From a virus, in the IMG/VR virus record IMGVR_UViG_3300045988_077276, positions 6,783 through 70,782 of that record: 64,000 bases of DNA; one strand, given 5' to 3'. The translations under genes and the position numbers were made by a program. Below, piece by piece: positions 42,432 to 52,226 of this stretch. The notes under the pieces are model-generated. The model saw only the letters and a program-made list of their open reading frames with translations. It had not been told where the DNA came from and searched no databases. Numbering within the stretch: the stretch's first letter is position 1; the number at the start of each line of letters is the position of its first letter.

Positions 42432-43019
42432 ATGCGAGAAAAATATACACCAAAGTTTGACTGTACACGGATGTTCGCATCATGGCGTGAAACCATTAAA
42501 TGCGATGGTAAAAAACCAGAGTTTGTGTTATTTACACGAATCGGTCGTGGTACAAAACGGTTTCTTGTAAACAATGTTCGTTGGGGAAACCTTATGTCAG
42601 ATTCCTCATTGGAAGCTGGTGATATATGCGAACGTAGAAACGGTGATACGTTATTCTTGGTCGCAAAAACAAACTCATTCAATGGTGACAAGGGTGAGTT
42701 CTACACAACAAATACAATCGTAAATATCTATGACATCGAAACCACAACAGACGAGTATGGCAATACCAGTGGTACATCAACAACGCTTAAGGTGAAAGAC
42801 TTAAAGTGTGTCTATGAAGATGTGTCCGCTAAGATGCACTTGTTCGATTATGGTTTGCTACCAACTACTACAAAGCGATTTATTCTACCAAGGGATACGG
42901 ATGTTGCACTATTGGATAGAATCGAAATCAATGGACAGTTTTTACAAATAGATGTAATTAACAGGTTCGATTTTGCACCATTCCTGTATGTGCAATGTTC
43001 ACCAGACGAGCGTGGCTAA
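42432..43019 (+). CDS. head-tail joining protein (candidate)
   Basis: Called by position. GGAGG RBS. 195 aa. Confidence 0.35.
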   Translation: MREKYTPKFDCTRMFASWRETIKCDGKKPEFVLFTRIGRGTKRFLVNNVRWGNLMSDSSLEAGDICERRNGDTLFLVAKTNSFNGDKGEFYTTNTIVNIYDIETTTDEYGNTSGTSTTLKVKDLKCVYEDVSAKMHLFDYGLLPTTTKRFILPRDTDVALLDRIEINGQFLQIDVINRFDFAPFLYVQCSPDERG

Positions 43020-43020
43020 C

Positions 43021-43614
43021 ATGAAGACAATGCAAGATGTAATCGCTAAGGTATTAGAAGACCATTTAGATGTACTGACTGACCGTATCAAACAAATATG
43101 GGCAGTTGCAGACGAGGGCATCTATACTGACCACCATATAGTCCTTAGAAGATTCACACCAAGCGTCAACATGGTTAGACTTGGCTTAGACATCACAGGT
43201 CTTGGGGCGTTCATCCTAGAGTATGGCTCTGGTTCGTTCATGGTAACGAATACAAGTGCGGAACTTGGGGAGTTTGGCAACCCAGACTTACCAGAATACA
43301 TGGCATCATCTTGGTATAACGATAATCGTTCATCGAACGGCAATGCAATCATGGGTCGCAATCAGGGAGAAACTGTACATTCACCAACGATGGGTGTACC
43401 AGATTATAAATCCAAAGGTCACTTCAAGGGTATCAACTTAGAAGAACCTATGAAGAAATCCAAGCTAAAGCCTTTAGAACCAAAAGAACCGATGTTTGTT
43501 GTCGAAACAGAAATCGTTCATTGGTTGAAAGAATTGGATGAGGCTATTGACGATGCAGTATCTGATTATATCGAAACCCAACTAGATAATGCTTTTAAAG
43601 GAGTAATCGCATGA
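43021..43614 (+). CDS. head-tail joining or neck protein (candidate)
   Basis: ATG at 43021, right after the upstream stop. 197 aa. Confidence 0.35.
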   Translation: MKTMQDVIAKVLEDHLDVLTDRIKQIWAVADEGIYTDHHIVLRRFTPSVNMVRLGLDITGLGAFILEYGSGSFMVTNTSAELGEFGNPDLPEYMASSWYNDNRSSNGNAIMGRNQGETVHSPTMGVPDYKSKGHFKGINLEEPMKKSKLKPLEPKEPMFVVETEIVHWLKELDEAIDDAVSDYIETQLDNAFKGVIA

Positions 43615-44030
43615 AGTATACGGTACAACTATTGGACGAACTGTGGAATATCTTGCGACAAGACGAAGAAATGGCTTCGTTATTACGCATAAAAGATACA
43701 CAATCAATCCAAGAGTGGAACTCTAAGATTAGGCGTGGTCTTGCTGGTGCGGAACTCGTTGACGAAAAACAAGATATTTACATAATCATGTCATTCATTC
43801 CATCTGTTGGTAATACCAAGAATTGGATGGTCAACAAGAATCTGTTAGAATTTAGAATCATCGGTCGTTCTAACAACAGAAAACTTGTGAATGATTTATA
43901 CATACATTTGAATAAACTTTTAAAGGAACATTATCAAGAAATGTCCATCTATACCGAGGGTTCATTCTCTACTGGTACGGCTGGCTTAATCGGTTATATG
44001 TTTCGTGTTAGACCTTTTACATGGTCATAA
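43611..44030 (+). CDS. tail completion/terminator protein (candidate)
   Basis: Sits immediately before the major tail gene. 139 aa. Confidence 0.35.
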   Translation: MKYTVQLLDELWNILRQDEEMASLLRIKDTQSIQEWNSKIRRGLAGAELVDEKQDIYIIMSFIPSVGNTKNWMVNKNLLEFRIIGRSNNRKLVNDLYIHLNKLLKEHYQEMSIYTEGSFSTGTAGLIGYMFRVRPFTWS

Positions 44031-44046
44031 TCATAGGAGATAATTA

Positions 44047-44850
44047 ATGGCACAACAAACAGGCAAAAACTTTGTATTGAATGGTGTTGGCGAAGCATGG
44101 GCAAAACGTATCGTAAACGGTAAAGTTGAAGCCTATAAACTTGGTACACTTCAAACAATGAAACTATCTTTCAGTTCCTCTGATGAAAAAGTCTATGGTT
44201 CTGATGCTTTACCACCAATCTATATCTTGAATAAAGAATCCAATGTTCAAGCATCTTTCACCGAAGCACGTTTCAACCTTGATTACTTGGGTGTAACTGC
44301 TGGTGCTGATGTAGACAACAACGGTACTTTAATCTTTAGTGTAAAACCTACATTGATTGCAAGCGGTACTACATTTACTGTTCCAAGCGTATCCAATGTT
44401 ATCCCAGAAGATACAATCGTTGTACTTGCGAATGACAATCAAATGGAAGACGAACGTGAAACATTAAAGTACACAAAAAGTACAACTCCATCCGCTGGTG
44501 AATTTACAATTGATGCAAGTGGTCAAATCACTTTGGGTCAATCTGTAACAAACAAATTCATTGAAGTATCTGGTCTTCGTACTGATACTATGAGCCGTAA
44601 AGCTACAATGAAAGCAACTAGCGTACCACAATTCGTTGAAATTCGTCACGTTTCCAATCCTGTTGATATGGGCGATGGTAAGAAAGTTATCTTGCATACT
44701 CATATCTTCCGTGCTAGAGCGACTGGCAAAATGGATATTGACCATGAACGTCAAAAAGCATCTGCACCACAACTTGAATTTGAAGTTATGTACGATACAA
44801 CTCGTACAGACGGCAAAATCTTGGAAATCACACAAGAAATCCAAGGCTAA
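44047..44850 (+). CDS. major tail protein
   Basis: 267 aa. AGGAGA RBS and a strong terminator downstream. Precedes the chaperone and tape-measure genes. Confidence 0.55.
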   Translation: MAQQTGKNFVLNGVGEAWAKRIVNGKVEAYKLGTLQTMKLSFSSSDEKVYGSDALPPIYILNKESNVQASFTEARFNLDYLGVTAGADVDNNGTLIFSVKPTLIASGTTFTVPSVSNVIPEDTIVVLANDNQMEDERETLKYTKSTTPSAGEFTIDASGQITLGQSVTNKFIEVSGLRTDTMSRKATMKATSVPQFVEIRHVSNPVDMGDGKKVILHTHIFRARATGKMDIDHERQKASAPQLEFEVMYDTTRTDGKILEITQEIQG

Positions 44851-44857
44851 TATCATG

Positions 44858-44886
44858 GGGGCATCTTCGGATGCCCCTATTTTTTA
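44858..44886 (+). terminator. intrinsic terminator after the major tail gene
   Basis: Stem ggggcatc-ttcg-gatgcccc, then TATTTTTT. Confidence 0.75.
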
Positions 44887-44904
44887 TTATATGGAGAACT
44901 TTAG

Positions 44905-45312
44905 ATGTCAAATACTTTAATTCCACAAGAAAAATACATTATGTTAAACGGCAAGGAATATAAAATTTATCCAATGTTGCTAAAAGATTACAACAAAGTT
45001 GAACGTCTATTGTCTAAAATAAATGACCAGTATTTATATTTGAACTTACCATCACCAATTTTAGACGAAGATGGCAAAGAAGTGTTAGATGCCAATGGCA
45101 AGGTGAAATATGACTATGTGGCATTTAACTCCATGTGTGAATTGTTTGAGATGGCGTTACGTATTCCACGAAAAGAATTAATTAACGCAATCGACTTAGA
45201 CAATGGTGTACAACTGTTGGATGAATATTTGTCTATTAGTGGTCTAAAAAAAAAGATGATGGGTCTAATGGCACAGGAACTGCCAAGGGTGAATCTGGAG
45301 GACTTGACCTAG
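44905..45312 (+). CDS. tail assembly chaperone (G-like)
   Basis: Sits before the tape measure. GGAGAA RBS. Contains a slippery run near its 3' end. Confidence 0.65.
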   Translation: MSNTLIPQEKYIMLNGKEYKIYPMLLKDYNKVERLLSKINDQYLYLNLPSPILDEDGKEVLDANGKVKYDYVAFNSMCELFEMALRIPRKELINAIDLDNGVQLLDEYLSISGLKKKMMGLMAQELPRVNLEDLT

Positions 45313-45518
45313 TAATTGCATCTTTGGTACAACACACAAGTGAAACCAGAGAATCACTAATGAGATATACTTTACCAGAACTAGAGGGGTTATCTGTTGC
45401 ATTAAACGAAAATAATAAAACAGATACAGACGATAATAATAATACTTTTGTTGACTCTGATTCCGTCACAGGGGCAGATGCGGTACGTGGTCTTTTGAGT
45501 TCTGGGTACGCATCATAG
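44905..45518 (+). CDS. tail assembly chaperone GT-like frameshift product
   Basis: A -1 slip in the A9 run joins ...SGLKKK to DDGSNGTGTAKGESGG...SSGYAS. This is the classic G/GT arrangement. Confidence 0.55.
45246..45255 (+). other. -1 programmed frameshift site (A-run)
   Basis: cta aaa aaa aag in the zero frame. The -1 frame is open from 45240 to 45518. Confidence 0.6.
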
Positions 45519-45529
45519 GAGAATAATTA

Positions 45530-48500
45530 ATGGGAAACAAAAAATTCGGATATGACATAAAAATAGACTACAGTCAAGCAACCGAGAATACCAACCGTGT
45601 AACCTCTAGTATTCTACAGTTGCAACAAGCTGTAGAACGACTAAAAAGAAACTCTGACATTCAGATTAAATTCACAGGTCTTCCAAGACAACTTGATAGC
45701 ATCACAACAAAAACGGCTACATTGGCTAATGCTTTGGAAAGAACGGCACAAAGCGGTAATCTTGCATCTAAGTCTTTTGACGGTATGTCTGCTAAAATGC
45801 AATCGCTTAAAAAAGATGGCGAAGCACTTGCCAAGGGTCTACAGGATTCTGCCAATGCCATTAAAAAGTTAGAATCATCGAATCATAATACCTTAAGAGA
45901 TGGCAACAAAGCTGCAACGGTTGGTACTCAAATCAACCAACTTAAGAACCAAGCCGATGTACTCTATCAAGCATGGAAAGCGAACAACGTAGGTAAAGAA
46001 CAATATCTTCAACAAATGACTGCAATCCAAGGTAAGTTAAACACATTGTATGGTCAACAACGAAGAATCAACGAAATCACACAAGAACATATCCCAACGC
46101 TAACTAGATGGGGTTTTGAACTAGATAAGGTTGGTTCACGACTTGGGTATTTTGCAACACGTTGGGCGGCATTATGGGTCGGTGATAAAATCATGGATTC
46201 ATTTTCTGCTTTTCCAAAAGTTGAACAAGATATGGCTGGTTTCGCCCAAGTTATGAAACATGGTACAGGTGCTACAAATGCGTTTGCTAAGAGCCTGTTA
46301 GAAGTTGACCCATCGAATTTAAAAAACAGTCTTCAACTTGGTGGTTCGGAAGCAGAAATCTTTAAGTCTGAACTAGAGAGTATGCAAGGAAAACTACAAG
46401 GACTTGCGGTTCAATACGGCACAACAAGCCATGAAATGATTGAGTCTGCTAAACTTTGGGGTCGTGCATACAAAGATAACAATACTGTTCTTGCGTTGAC
46501 AGATGCAGCAACCAAACTAGCAGTTGCCGATGCGTTCGATATTGTGTCTGCAAACAAAGCGTTGGAATCCTCGATTATGCAATGGGGTTTTCAAATTAAT
46601 AATACCAATGATGCTATGAGTGTATCAAACCGTATTATTGACTCTTGGACATCTCTTGCACATAACTATACGGTTTCTGCACAAACATTATCCGAAGCCA
46701 ATAAACGTATGGCACAATCCGCAGCCGAAGTTGGTGTATCATTCCATTCTGCACAAGCACTCGTTGCCGTTATGGCACGTAAAACACAGGCAGACGGCGG
46801 TGAAATCGGTAACGCCCTAAAATCTATCTTCGGTTCTATCCACTCTAAGAAAGCCGTTAAAGCATTACAAGAGTTTGGTATCGAAGTTTATAAAGTTGGT
46901 GAAAACGGAGAACGGTCATTCCGTAAAGTAGACGATGTGTTGCTTGATTTGATGATTAAGGCACAAGGGTCAAAAGAATCCATGGAAGACTTGCTAAAAG
47001 CAATCTCTGGTGGTAAATGGCAATGGAATAAAGCCGATGCCATGTTGGATTTAAAAGAATACTTAGAAGCCTTACGATTGTCTTCTACATCTATGGGTTT
47101 CACAAATGCACAAGTTGGGATGCAACTTGATACAATCCAAAAGAAAATACAACAGATTGCCGCACAATGGGAAAAGATGATGACTACTGCTGGAAACGGC
47201 ACAATGTCAACTGTAATCAAGGGTATGCTAGATGGTGTTCTTGCATTGTTTAAGTGGATAGAACGCTTACCATCGTCTATTGCTATGGTTTCATTCGCTA
47301 TGCTTGGGTTATTGGTTATTCACCGTAAATGGGGTTCTGTTTTCAACATTATGAAAACGAGCGTTGTTTCTGGTTGGAACAAAATGACTCATGCGGCTGA
47401 AAAATACGCAAGAGCATCAAGAATTGCAAGCGGTAACACAACAGGCTTTAAAGGTAAACTCCAAGGACTTAAGGGTGCAGCTGGTGGACTTGCTAGTGAA
47501 ATTGGCACACTCACAGGCTTCATGGGTGGTTGGGTCGGTATTGCCGTATCTGCCATTGCCATCGCTGGTCAACTTGCATTGTCTTGGCGTTTTAATCGTG
47601 AAGAAGTCCAACAACAGATTGATACACATTCTCAATTGTTACAATCTTACGAAGAAACATATGGACGTTTAAAAGAATCAACTGGTGTCTTAGAGCAATT
47701 TATCAACGCATACTACAGTTTGAACCAAAAACAAAAAGAGTATGCCGAGGGTTCGGAAGAAGCGAAACAAGCTGCGGAAGAAATTCAAATCGCACACGAT
47801 GGCATTATTCAAATTCTTGGCGAGGAACAAACAAACTTTGTGTTGACCGCAGATAATTCAGACGAAGCAAACCAACGTATGACCCAAGCGGTACAAAAGC
47901 GACAAGATGAATTAGCACAACAAATCAAACACGAAAAAGCACAATTGTTCCAAGCTGCACAAGCCGTTCGACAACAAACACAAGACAATCTTGATTCTTT
48001 ACAACATGAGAAAAAAGGTTGGTTAGACCGTATTGCCGTAATCGTTCAATTTACAAAGGCTATTGATTTATGTCGTTTGGCTTACTATTCGTTGATGCAC
48101 GCTTTCCAACAATGGAGAGCAGATAGAGCAGCCGCACGATTACAACAAGCAGATGGGGCAGTCGGTCAAGCCGAAAGCGAATTAAATGCTTTGAAAGCAG
48201 CTGGTGCAAACAATAGTCAAATCGAAGCAGCCGAACGAAATCTTGCAATGGCTAAATATACCGCATCACAAGTCAAGGATGAACAAACGCATTTACAAGA
48301 GGATGCTAACCAATATGGTCAACAAGCAGACCAAATCTTGGCGACTACCGCAGCCAAAGTGCAAGCCGATGGAGCAGAGCAACTCCAGAGCATTAATTCT
48401 GCATTATACGGTAATTCTGGTGGCGGTGGTACAACTGGTAATTATCCACGTAGTGAACTGCCAGATGGTGGTGGAGATGCTGGTAAAAAGGGTAAAACTG

Positions 48501-50500
48501 GCAAAACAACCAAGGCTAAGAACCCCTACAGTGGAACACCAGAGGGTGAAGCCATTGACTTCTTGATTAAACAAGGGTTTACCGCAAACCAAGCCTATGG
48601 TATCGTTGGTAATCTAATGCAAGAATCTGGAATGGATCCAACCATAGTAAATGCATCTGGACACCATGGTTTAGCACAATGGGATGGTGACCCCGGTGGT
48701 CGTTGGGAACAACTCGTGGCTTTTGCTAATGCGAATGGCTCTGACCCAAACAATCGTGCGACACAAATGGCTTTCCTTGTTCACGAGTTACAAACAACAG
48801 AACATGATAATTGGCTTAAAGTGTTACAACACGCAACCAATGGAACACCAGAAGAATACGCACATTACTTTGATATGTTCGTTGAACGCTCTGGTGGTGC
48901 AGAAACTGCGAATAGACAAGCGTATGCACGCCAATTGGCTAATTCACAATACGGCGATGAAACTAAGACGGATGCAGAACGAGCGAATAAACTTGTTGAG
49001 AAACAAAACAAGATTGATGAACTTGTGAAGAAGTTATCCAAAGCGGAAGCCGAAATGGAAAACGCCATGAAGCCAAAAGAGCAAGCTGACTTGGCGAAAG
49101 AATCTCAATCTTTAAAAGAAAAACTTCAAGGGATTCAAAAAGAGATTGATGATTTAATTAAACTCAATCCAAAAGCAGATGTCAAGAAATTGCAAGAAAC
49201 GATGAAAAAATACGACACAGTAATGACACATCGTATGCAAGACAAGTACCGTGACAAAGACTATGATGAAGCCGTTCAAATGGCAAAAGACCGCCATGAG
49301 AATGAAGATTTAGACCGTGAAATCGCTGGTACATCTGAAAACTTTTGGACAAAAGATATTCGTGATGCACAACGTTTGGTAGAACTGTATATAATCAAAG
49401 TAAAACAATACAATGATATGGTTGCAGCCTTTAAGCGTGGCGATTCAGAATATACCGAAGCGGACATTCGCAAAGCTGGTATCGAACTTAAGAAACTACA
49501 AGTACAAATCAACAAGACTGGTAATGACTTAAATAAAAACATCCGTCAACAAACTCACGATGTATTCCATTCGATGATATTTGAGGGCAAAAAGTTTAAA
49601 GACGTTTGGAAAGACCTATGGAAACAACTTGCGGAAGACACATTAAAAATGTTGTTTAAAATCCAAGATGGTAACGGCGGTCTTATCCAGAATCTACTAA
49701 AGAAAAAAGACAAGAAGTATCAAGATGGCATCAACCCATTGAAGAAGCTGGTGGGTAAAGATGGCAACATCGGTGGTGTTGACGAAACACTAAATCAACA
49801 ACTATTGGCAACCCAAGCCACACAAAATCTTGATAAAAACTTTGCTACATTCTTGGCTAATACTCAAAACGGTACTGCATGGAGTCAAGCGACATTTACC
49901 GATGCCGTAATCTATGGCAATGTCAATGGTGATAAAAACAGTCTTAACTTACCAGAGGGCAACAAGGATTCCAAAGATAATAAAACCGATGTATCCCAAT
50001 ATATCAACGCTGGTATGAAAATTGCTGGTGGTAATAACAAATGGATGGGAACACTCGGTACTGTCATGGGTTTTGCAAAACAGTTCGGTCTTCTAAAGTT
50101 CGCTAGCGGTGGTGCAGTCAATAAAGACCAATTGGTGCGTGTTGGTGAGGGAGATAAGAAAGAATGGATTATTCCAACCGCCGATAAAAAGCGTGGTATT
50201 CAGTTGCTAAACCAAGCTGCACGTGACCTTGGGGTTGGTGAAACCAAAGGTATTGAACCTAATTGGAAAAATCCGAATACATCTACAGGGGCATTATCGG
50301 AACAAACCAAACGACAAGACCGAATGATGAATCAAATGGTCGCAAACACATCGGCTATGACTAAGGGGATGAACTATATGGCAAACAATGGTTCTACACA
50401 TGAATCCATTGCACAACCTGTGTTTGTTAAACAAACGATTTCTGACCAAGACTTCTTGGCGAAATACAACAAGTTGGTGGCACTTGGCAAGATGAAATAA
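45530..50500 (+). CDS. tape measure protein with internal lysozyme-like domain
   Basis: 1656 aa, coiled-coil-rich, with hydrophobic segments (about aa 560-660). Contains GIVGNLMQESGMDP...GLAQWDG (about nt 48530-48940). Confidence 0.9.
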   Translation: MGNKKFGYDIKIDYSQATENTNRVTSSILQLQQAVERLKRNSDIQIKFTGLPRQLDSITTKTATLANALERTAQSGNLASKSFDGMSAKMQSLKKDGEALAKGLQDSANAIKKLESSNHNTLRDGNKAATVGTQINQLKNQADVLYQAWKANNVGKEQYLQQMTAIQGKLNTLYGQQRRINEITQEHIPTLTRWGFELDKVGSRLGYFATRWAALWVGDKIMDSFSAFPKVEQDMAGFAQVMKHGTGATNAFAKSLLEVDPSNLKNSLQLGGSEAEIFKSELESMQGKLQGLAVQYGTTSHEMIESAKLWGRAYKDNNTVLALTDAATKLAVADAFDIVSANKALESSIMQWGFQINNTNDAMSVSNRIIDSWTSLAHNYTVSAQTLSEANKRMAQSAAEVGVSFHSAQALVAVMARKTQADGGEIGNALKSIFGSIHSKKAVKALQEFGIEVYKVGENGERSFRKVDDVLLDLMIKAQGSKESMEDLLKAISGGKWQWNKADAMLDLKEYLEALRLSSTSMGFTNAQVGMQLDTIQKKIQQIAAQWEKMMTTAGNGTMSTVIKGMLDGVLALFKWIERLPSSIAMVSFAMLGLLVIHRKWGSVFNIMKTSVVSGWNKMTHAAEKYARASRIASGNTTGFKGKLQGLKGAAGGLASEIGTLTGFMGGWVGIAVSAIAIAGQLALSWRFNREEVQQQIDTHSQLLQSYEETYGRLKESTGVLEQFINAYYSLNQKQKEYAEGSEEAKQAAEEIQIAHDGIIQILGEEQTNFVLTADNSDEANQRMTQAVQKRQDELAQQIKHEKAQLFQAAQAVRQQTQDNLDSLQHEKKGWLDRIAVIVQFTKAIDLCRLAYYSLMHAFQQWRADRAAARLQQADGAVGQAESELNALKAAGANNSQIEAAERNLAMAKYTASQVKDEQTHLQEDANQYGQQADQILATTAAKVQADGAEQLQSINSALYGNSGGGGTTGNYPRSELPDGGGDAGKKGKTGKTTKAKNPYSGTPEGEAIDFLIKQGFTANQAYGIVGNLMQESGMDPTIVNASGHHGLAQWDGDPGGRWEQLVAFANANGSDPNNRATQMAFLVHELQTTEHDNWLKVLQHATNGTPEEYAHYFDMFVERSGGAETANRQAYARQLANSQYGDETKTDAERANKLVEKQNKIDELVKKLSKAEAEMENAMKPKEQADLAKESQSLKEKLQGIQKEIDDLIKLNPKADVKKLQETMKKYDTVMTHRMQDKYRDKDYDEAVQMAKDRHENEDLDREIAGTSENFWTKDIRDAQRLVELYIIKVKQYNDMVAAFKRGDSEYTEADIRKAGIELKKLQVQINKTGNDLNKNIRQQTHDVFHSMIFEGKKFKDVWKDLWKQLAEDTLKMLFKIQDGNGGLIQNLLKKKDKKYQDGINPLKKLVGKDGNIGGVDETLNQQLLATQATQNLDKNFATFLANTQNGTAWSQATFTDAVIYGNVNGDKNSLNLPEGNKDSKDNKTDVSQYINAGMKIAGGNNKWMGTLGTVMGFAKQFGLLKFASGGAVNKDQLVRVGEGDKKEWIIPTADKKRGIQLLNQAARDLGVGETKGIEPNWKNPNTSTGALSEQTKRQDRMMNQMVANTSAMTKGMNYMANNGSTHESIAQPVFVKQTISDQDFLAKYNKLVALGKMK

Positions 50501-50540
50501 CACAACTTTTGTGTAATTTTTGACACTATATGTGAGGGGT
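50501..50540 (+). promoter_or_regulatory. conserved 40-nt motif, copy 2
   Basis: CACAACTTttgtgtaaTTTTTGACACTATATGTGAGGGGT begins immediately after the tape-measure stop. Followed by hairpin gagggg-tgataaa-cccctc. Confidence 0.5.
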
Positions 50541-50575
50541 GATAAACCCCTCGCATTATTACTATGGGAGGTCAT

Positions 50576-50992
50576 ATGGAAGACATTACGAAATACTTGG
50601 GTCTGAAATACGGCTTTAATCATAAAAAGAATCAATATCATTGTGTTGATGTTTGTCGTATGTGGTATAAAGACCACGGATACAAACATTGTTTTGACGA
50701 TGGAAAGAAAGACCCAACATCATGCGAAGATTTTCACAAAAATCATCAACTAAGGGTGTTACGGTATTTATTGAAACATTTCACAAAAGTTCGTGATATT
50801 GACAAGTTACAACATGGCGATGTGATTGTTTTTAATGTAGATGGCGACTTACATACTGGCGTATATCTACAGAATGGACAGATACTTGCGATGCAAGTTC
50901 CTTGTATTGAAAACGTATCACTATCTGCCGTATTTAAACGTAGCTATTGGCAACCATTGTTTTACTGTGGTTTCCATCAAGAAAGGAACTAA
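50576..50992 (+). CDS. NlpC/P60-like tail protein (lambda gpK-like by context)
   Basis: GGGAGG lies before ATG 50576. A Cys (YHCVDVCRMWY) and His (GDLHTGVYL) arrangement. Sits in the tail-tip module. Confidence 0.45.
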   Translation: MEDITKYLGLKYGFNHKKNQYHCVDVCRMWYKDHGYKHCFDDGKKDPTSCEDFHKNHQLRVLRYLLKHFTKVRDIDKLQHGDVIVFNVDGDLHTGVYLQNGQILAMQVPCIENVSLSAVFKRSYWQPLFYCGFHQERN

Positions 50993-50994
50993 TA

Positions 50995-51369
50995 GTGGCG
51001 ACATATCCAAAGTTTCCATTGCCGTATATATTTGAAGTAGAAAAAGGTCTAAAGTTTGCCACACAAGAAGTCACATTTGAATCTGGTAAGAAACAGGTGC
51101 GACAACTTGCGGTGACACCAAAGAGAACTTGGTCAATCAGTCTACGTGGAACAACAGAACAACAAAAGATATTTGAAGACTTTTGTGAATCTGTTGGTGG
51201 TAACACAAGACCATTTTTGTTTACCGATGAGTATGGCAAGGAACAATTATGCAGATTCGCAACCAACGAATTTAACATGAAAGTACTACGAGATTTTACA
51301 ATTGAGAATGGTACTCATGGTAATGCCGTTGGGTTTACTGCGAACATACAAATCGAGAAGTTATTGTAG
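50995..51369 (+). CDS. distal/minor tail protein (gpM / GTA g12-like by context)
   Basis: GTG at 50995 follows the upstream stop. 124 aa. Confidence 0.35.
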   Translation: MATYPKFPLPYIFEVEKGLKFATQEVTFESGKKQVRQLAVTPKRTWSISLRGTTEQQKIFEDFCESVGGNTRPFLFTDEYGKEQLCRFATNEFNMKVLRDFTIENGTHGNAVGFTANIQIEKLL

Positions 51370-51378
51370 GGAGTATAC

Positions 51379-52200
51379 ATGATTAATTTACCTGTGGCGT
51401 TTAGAGAAGCATTAGAAAGTGGCTCGGTATTTGACATTGAGTTATACGAAGTACATATACCGAATCTAACACTTTATTTATGCTCTTGCGATGTCAACAT
51501 TCAATTCAACGGTCATACATACTTGGCATTGCCAATTAGACGTGGCGAGATTGATAAAACGGTAGATAATTCGATTGACTCTTGTGAGTTGCAGATTTCT
51601 AATGCAACCGATAAATTTACTCAATTGCTATTTAAGGGTATTCCATTCACAGGCAGTCGAGTGTATATCTACCGAATTTTATACCCAGATTCATTAACGA
51701 ACGCAAACATGATTAAGCCTGTGTTTATGGGTCGTGTTGATGCACCAGAATTAACAACAGATGGTGTCTTTAAAGTCACGGTAACAACAGATGTTCCAAA
51801 CGTGCGTGGCGGTCGTAGAACACAATATTCTTGTACATCTGTATTCGGTGATGAATCATGTCAAGCACAAATCGAAACATTGCAAACAACCGTTGATTCA
51901 ATCACACAAGATGAACATGGTTTCCGTGTTGGTATTCGCAACCCAGCAGACCAAAAGACATTCACAAATGGTGTCTTAATCATTAGCGGTGAAGCACGTA
52001 AGATTGTTGACTTTAAAGATGCTGGTGCTAGTGTGTACTTGGAATATCCGTTGTTGCAATCACCAGATATTTTAATCGGTCAACAAGCGACAATCCAATC
52101 TGGTTGCGATAAAACACCTACGGATTGTAAACGACATGGCAATCAAAAGCGATATGCTGGGTTCTTATCTGTACCGTTTGAATTTACGGTACGTACTTAA
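51379..52200 (+). CDS. tail-tip hub protein, gpL / DUF2163-BR0599-like, with conserved cysteines
   Basis: YSCTSVFGDESC...SGCDKTPTDCKRHGNQKRYAGFLSVP resembles the Fe-S-binding C-terminus of the gpL/BR0599 family. Confidence 0.55.
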   Translation: MINLPVAFREALESGSVFDIELYEVHIPNLTLYLCSCDVNIQFNGHTYLALPIRRGEIDKTVDNSIDSCELQISNATDKFTQLLFKGIPFTGSRVYIYRILYPDSLTNANMIKPVFMGRVDAPELTTDGVFKVTVTTDVPNVRGGRRTQYSCTSVFGDESCQAQIETLQTTVDSITQDEHGFRVGIRNPADQKTFTNGVLIISGEARKIVDFKDAGASVYLEYPLLQSPDILIGQQATIQSGCDKTPTDCKRHGNQKRYAGFLSVPFEFTVRT

Positions 52201-52226
52201 ATTGAAACGAAGCGAGGTATTAATAT

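Noticed and set aside
34581-50540. A T7/SP6-type single-subunit RNAP promoter, based on the GACACTATA identity
   Set aside because: Only 9 nt match. No single-subunit RNA polymerase gene lies in the window, and the virion module is siphovirus-like. The idea is kept only as a remark inside the motif finding.
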